DNA of 64,000 nucleotides from Candidatus Gastranaerophilales bacterium (GTDB lineage Bacteria; Cyanobacteriota; Vampirovibrionia; Gastranaerophilales; Gastranaerophilaceae): NCBI GenBank assembly GCA_910587175.1, contig CAJULH010000001.1, positions 971 to 64,970 of the forward strand, read 5' to 3'. Shown piece by piece: positions 63,724 to 64,000 of this stretch (position 1 is its first letter; each line of letters starts with the position of its first letter). The notes under the pieces were generated by a model. It saw only the letters and a program-made list of their open reading frames with translations, ran no database searches and was not told where the DNA came from. The position numbers and the translations under genes were made by a program.

Positions 63724-63990
63724 TTAACCTACCTCTGTAACATTTATCTCACTGTCCACATGTTCCCTAAGCTGTGCCTGAACAAAGTTTTTAAGGGTCA
63801 GATTTGAATTTCTGCATCCTTTGCAGGTGCCGGTAAGGCGCACATATACATCTTTTCCTTCAATGTTAACAAGTTCTATCCCCCCGCAATCCTTGCCAAG
63901 CTCAGGCATAATATTTTTCTCTATAACTTTATTTACCTTTAATATGAATTGAACTGTATTTAATTCTTCTTTGTTATTTTTTGCCTCCAT
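63724..63990 (-). CDS. nifU: NifU-like Fe-S cluster assembly protein (C-terminal NifU domain only)
   Basis: 88 aa. GGIELVNIEGKDVYVRLTGTCKGCRNSNLTLKNFVQAQL contains the CxxC motif. Immediately upstream of nifS. Confidence 0.8.
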   Translation of the reverse strand: MEAKNNKEELNTVQFILKVNKVIEKNIMPELGKDCGGIELVNIEGKDVYVRLTGTCKGCRNSNLTLKNFVQAQLREHVDSEINVTEVG

Positions 63991-64000
63991 ATTATAAGTG

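Noticed and set aside
1-64000. Prophage, IS element, integron, retron, DGR or known multi-gene defence island
   Set aside because: No integrase, transposase, reverse transcriptase, Cas, restriction-modification or phage structural motifs were recognisable in any long ORF. Only the remnants listed above were found.

Overview
This is an AT-rich chromosomal window from a diderm (LPS-making) bacterium. I cannot assign the lineage from sequence alone. Most of it is tightly packed housekeeping:
- an LPS block (lptC, lptA-like, lpxI, lpxB, pgsA-like)
- trmL, nnrD, rmuC and tRNA-Arg(CCG)
- a minus-strand cell-wall cluster (murF-mraY-murD-ftsW-murG, then folC)
- a DUF4127-like gene, dapF, and rpsF-ssb-rpsR
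- a minus-strand purine operon (purS-purQ-purL-purM, then a fused purN/purD)
- a Nudix hydrolase, an MsbA-like ABC exporter, ugd plus a UDP-xylose-synthase-like gene, and tRNA-Val(UAC)
- a cobalamin riboswitch in front of a btuB/C/D/F-like uptake operon
- ubiE/menG, cstA-like, ddh, gdhA, birA-oadA-oadB, a MATE pump, ldcA, dnaX and nifS/nifU

I found no CRISPR array, intact IS element, integrase, reverse transcriptase or prophage genes.

The accessory or odd parts are:
1. The left edge holds a 5'-truncated RES-domain (NAD-targeting toxin family) gene, followed by a repeat-filled spacer and an orphan alpha/beta hydrolase.
2. An orphan 438-aa protein at 20041-21357 carries a Pol-beta-type nucleotidyltransferase-like motif.
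3. Decayed tRNA fragments sit beside both tRNA genes, and a start-less NUMOD3-motif ORF looks like a homing-endonuclease remnant.
4. The neighbourhood 54873-62393 is the best candidate for something undescribed.

In that neighbourhood, an NrtR-like Nudix/wHTH gene with a degenerate Nudix box lies directly upstream of a 543-aa glycine-zipper protein. The C-terminus of that protein carries what looks like an intact PARP-type H-Y-E ADP-ribosyltransferase signature. Next come a Mini-III RNase / sensor-less histidine kinase / REC-GGDEF(degenerate)-REC operon, a second glycine-zipper protein sharing a Tyr/Asn/Thr-rich NASAL[DE] module, and small or membrane orphans.

All family assignments are motif recognition by eye. 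No database search or folding was possible, and decisive checks are given with each finding.
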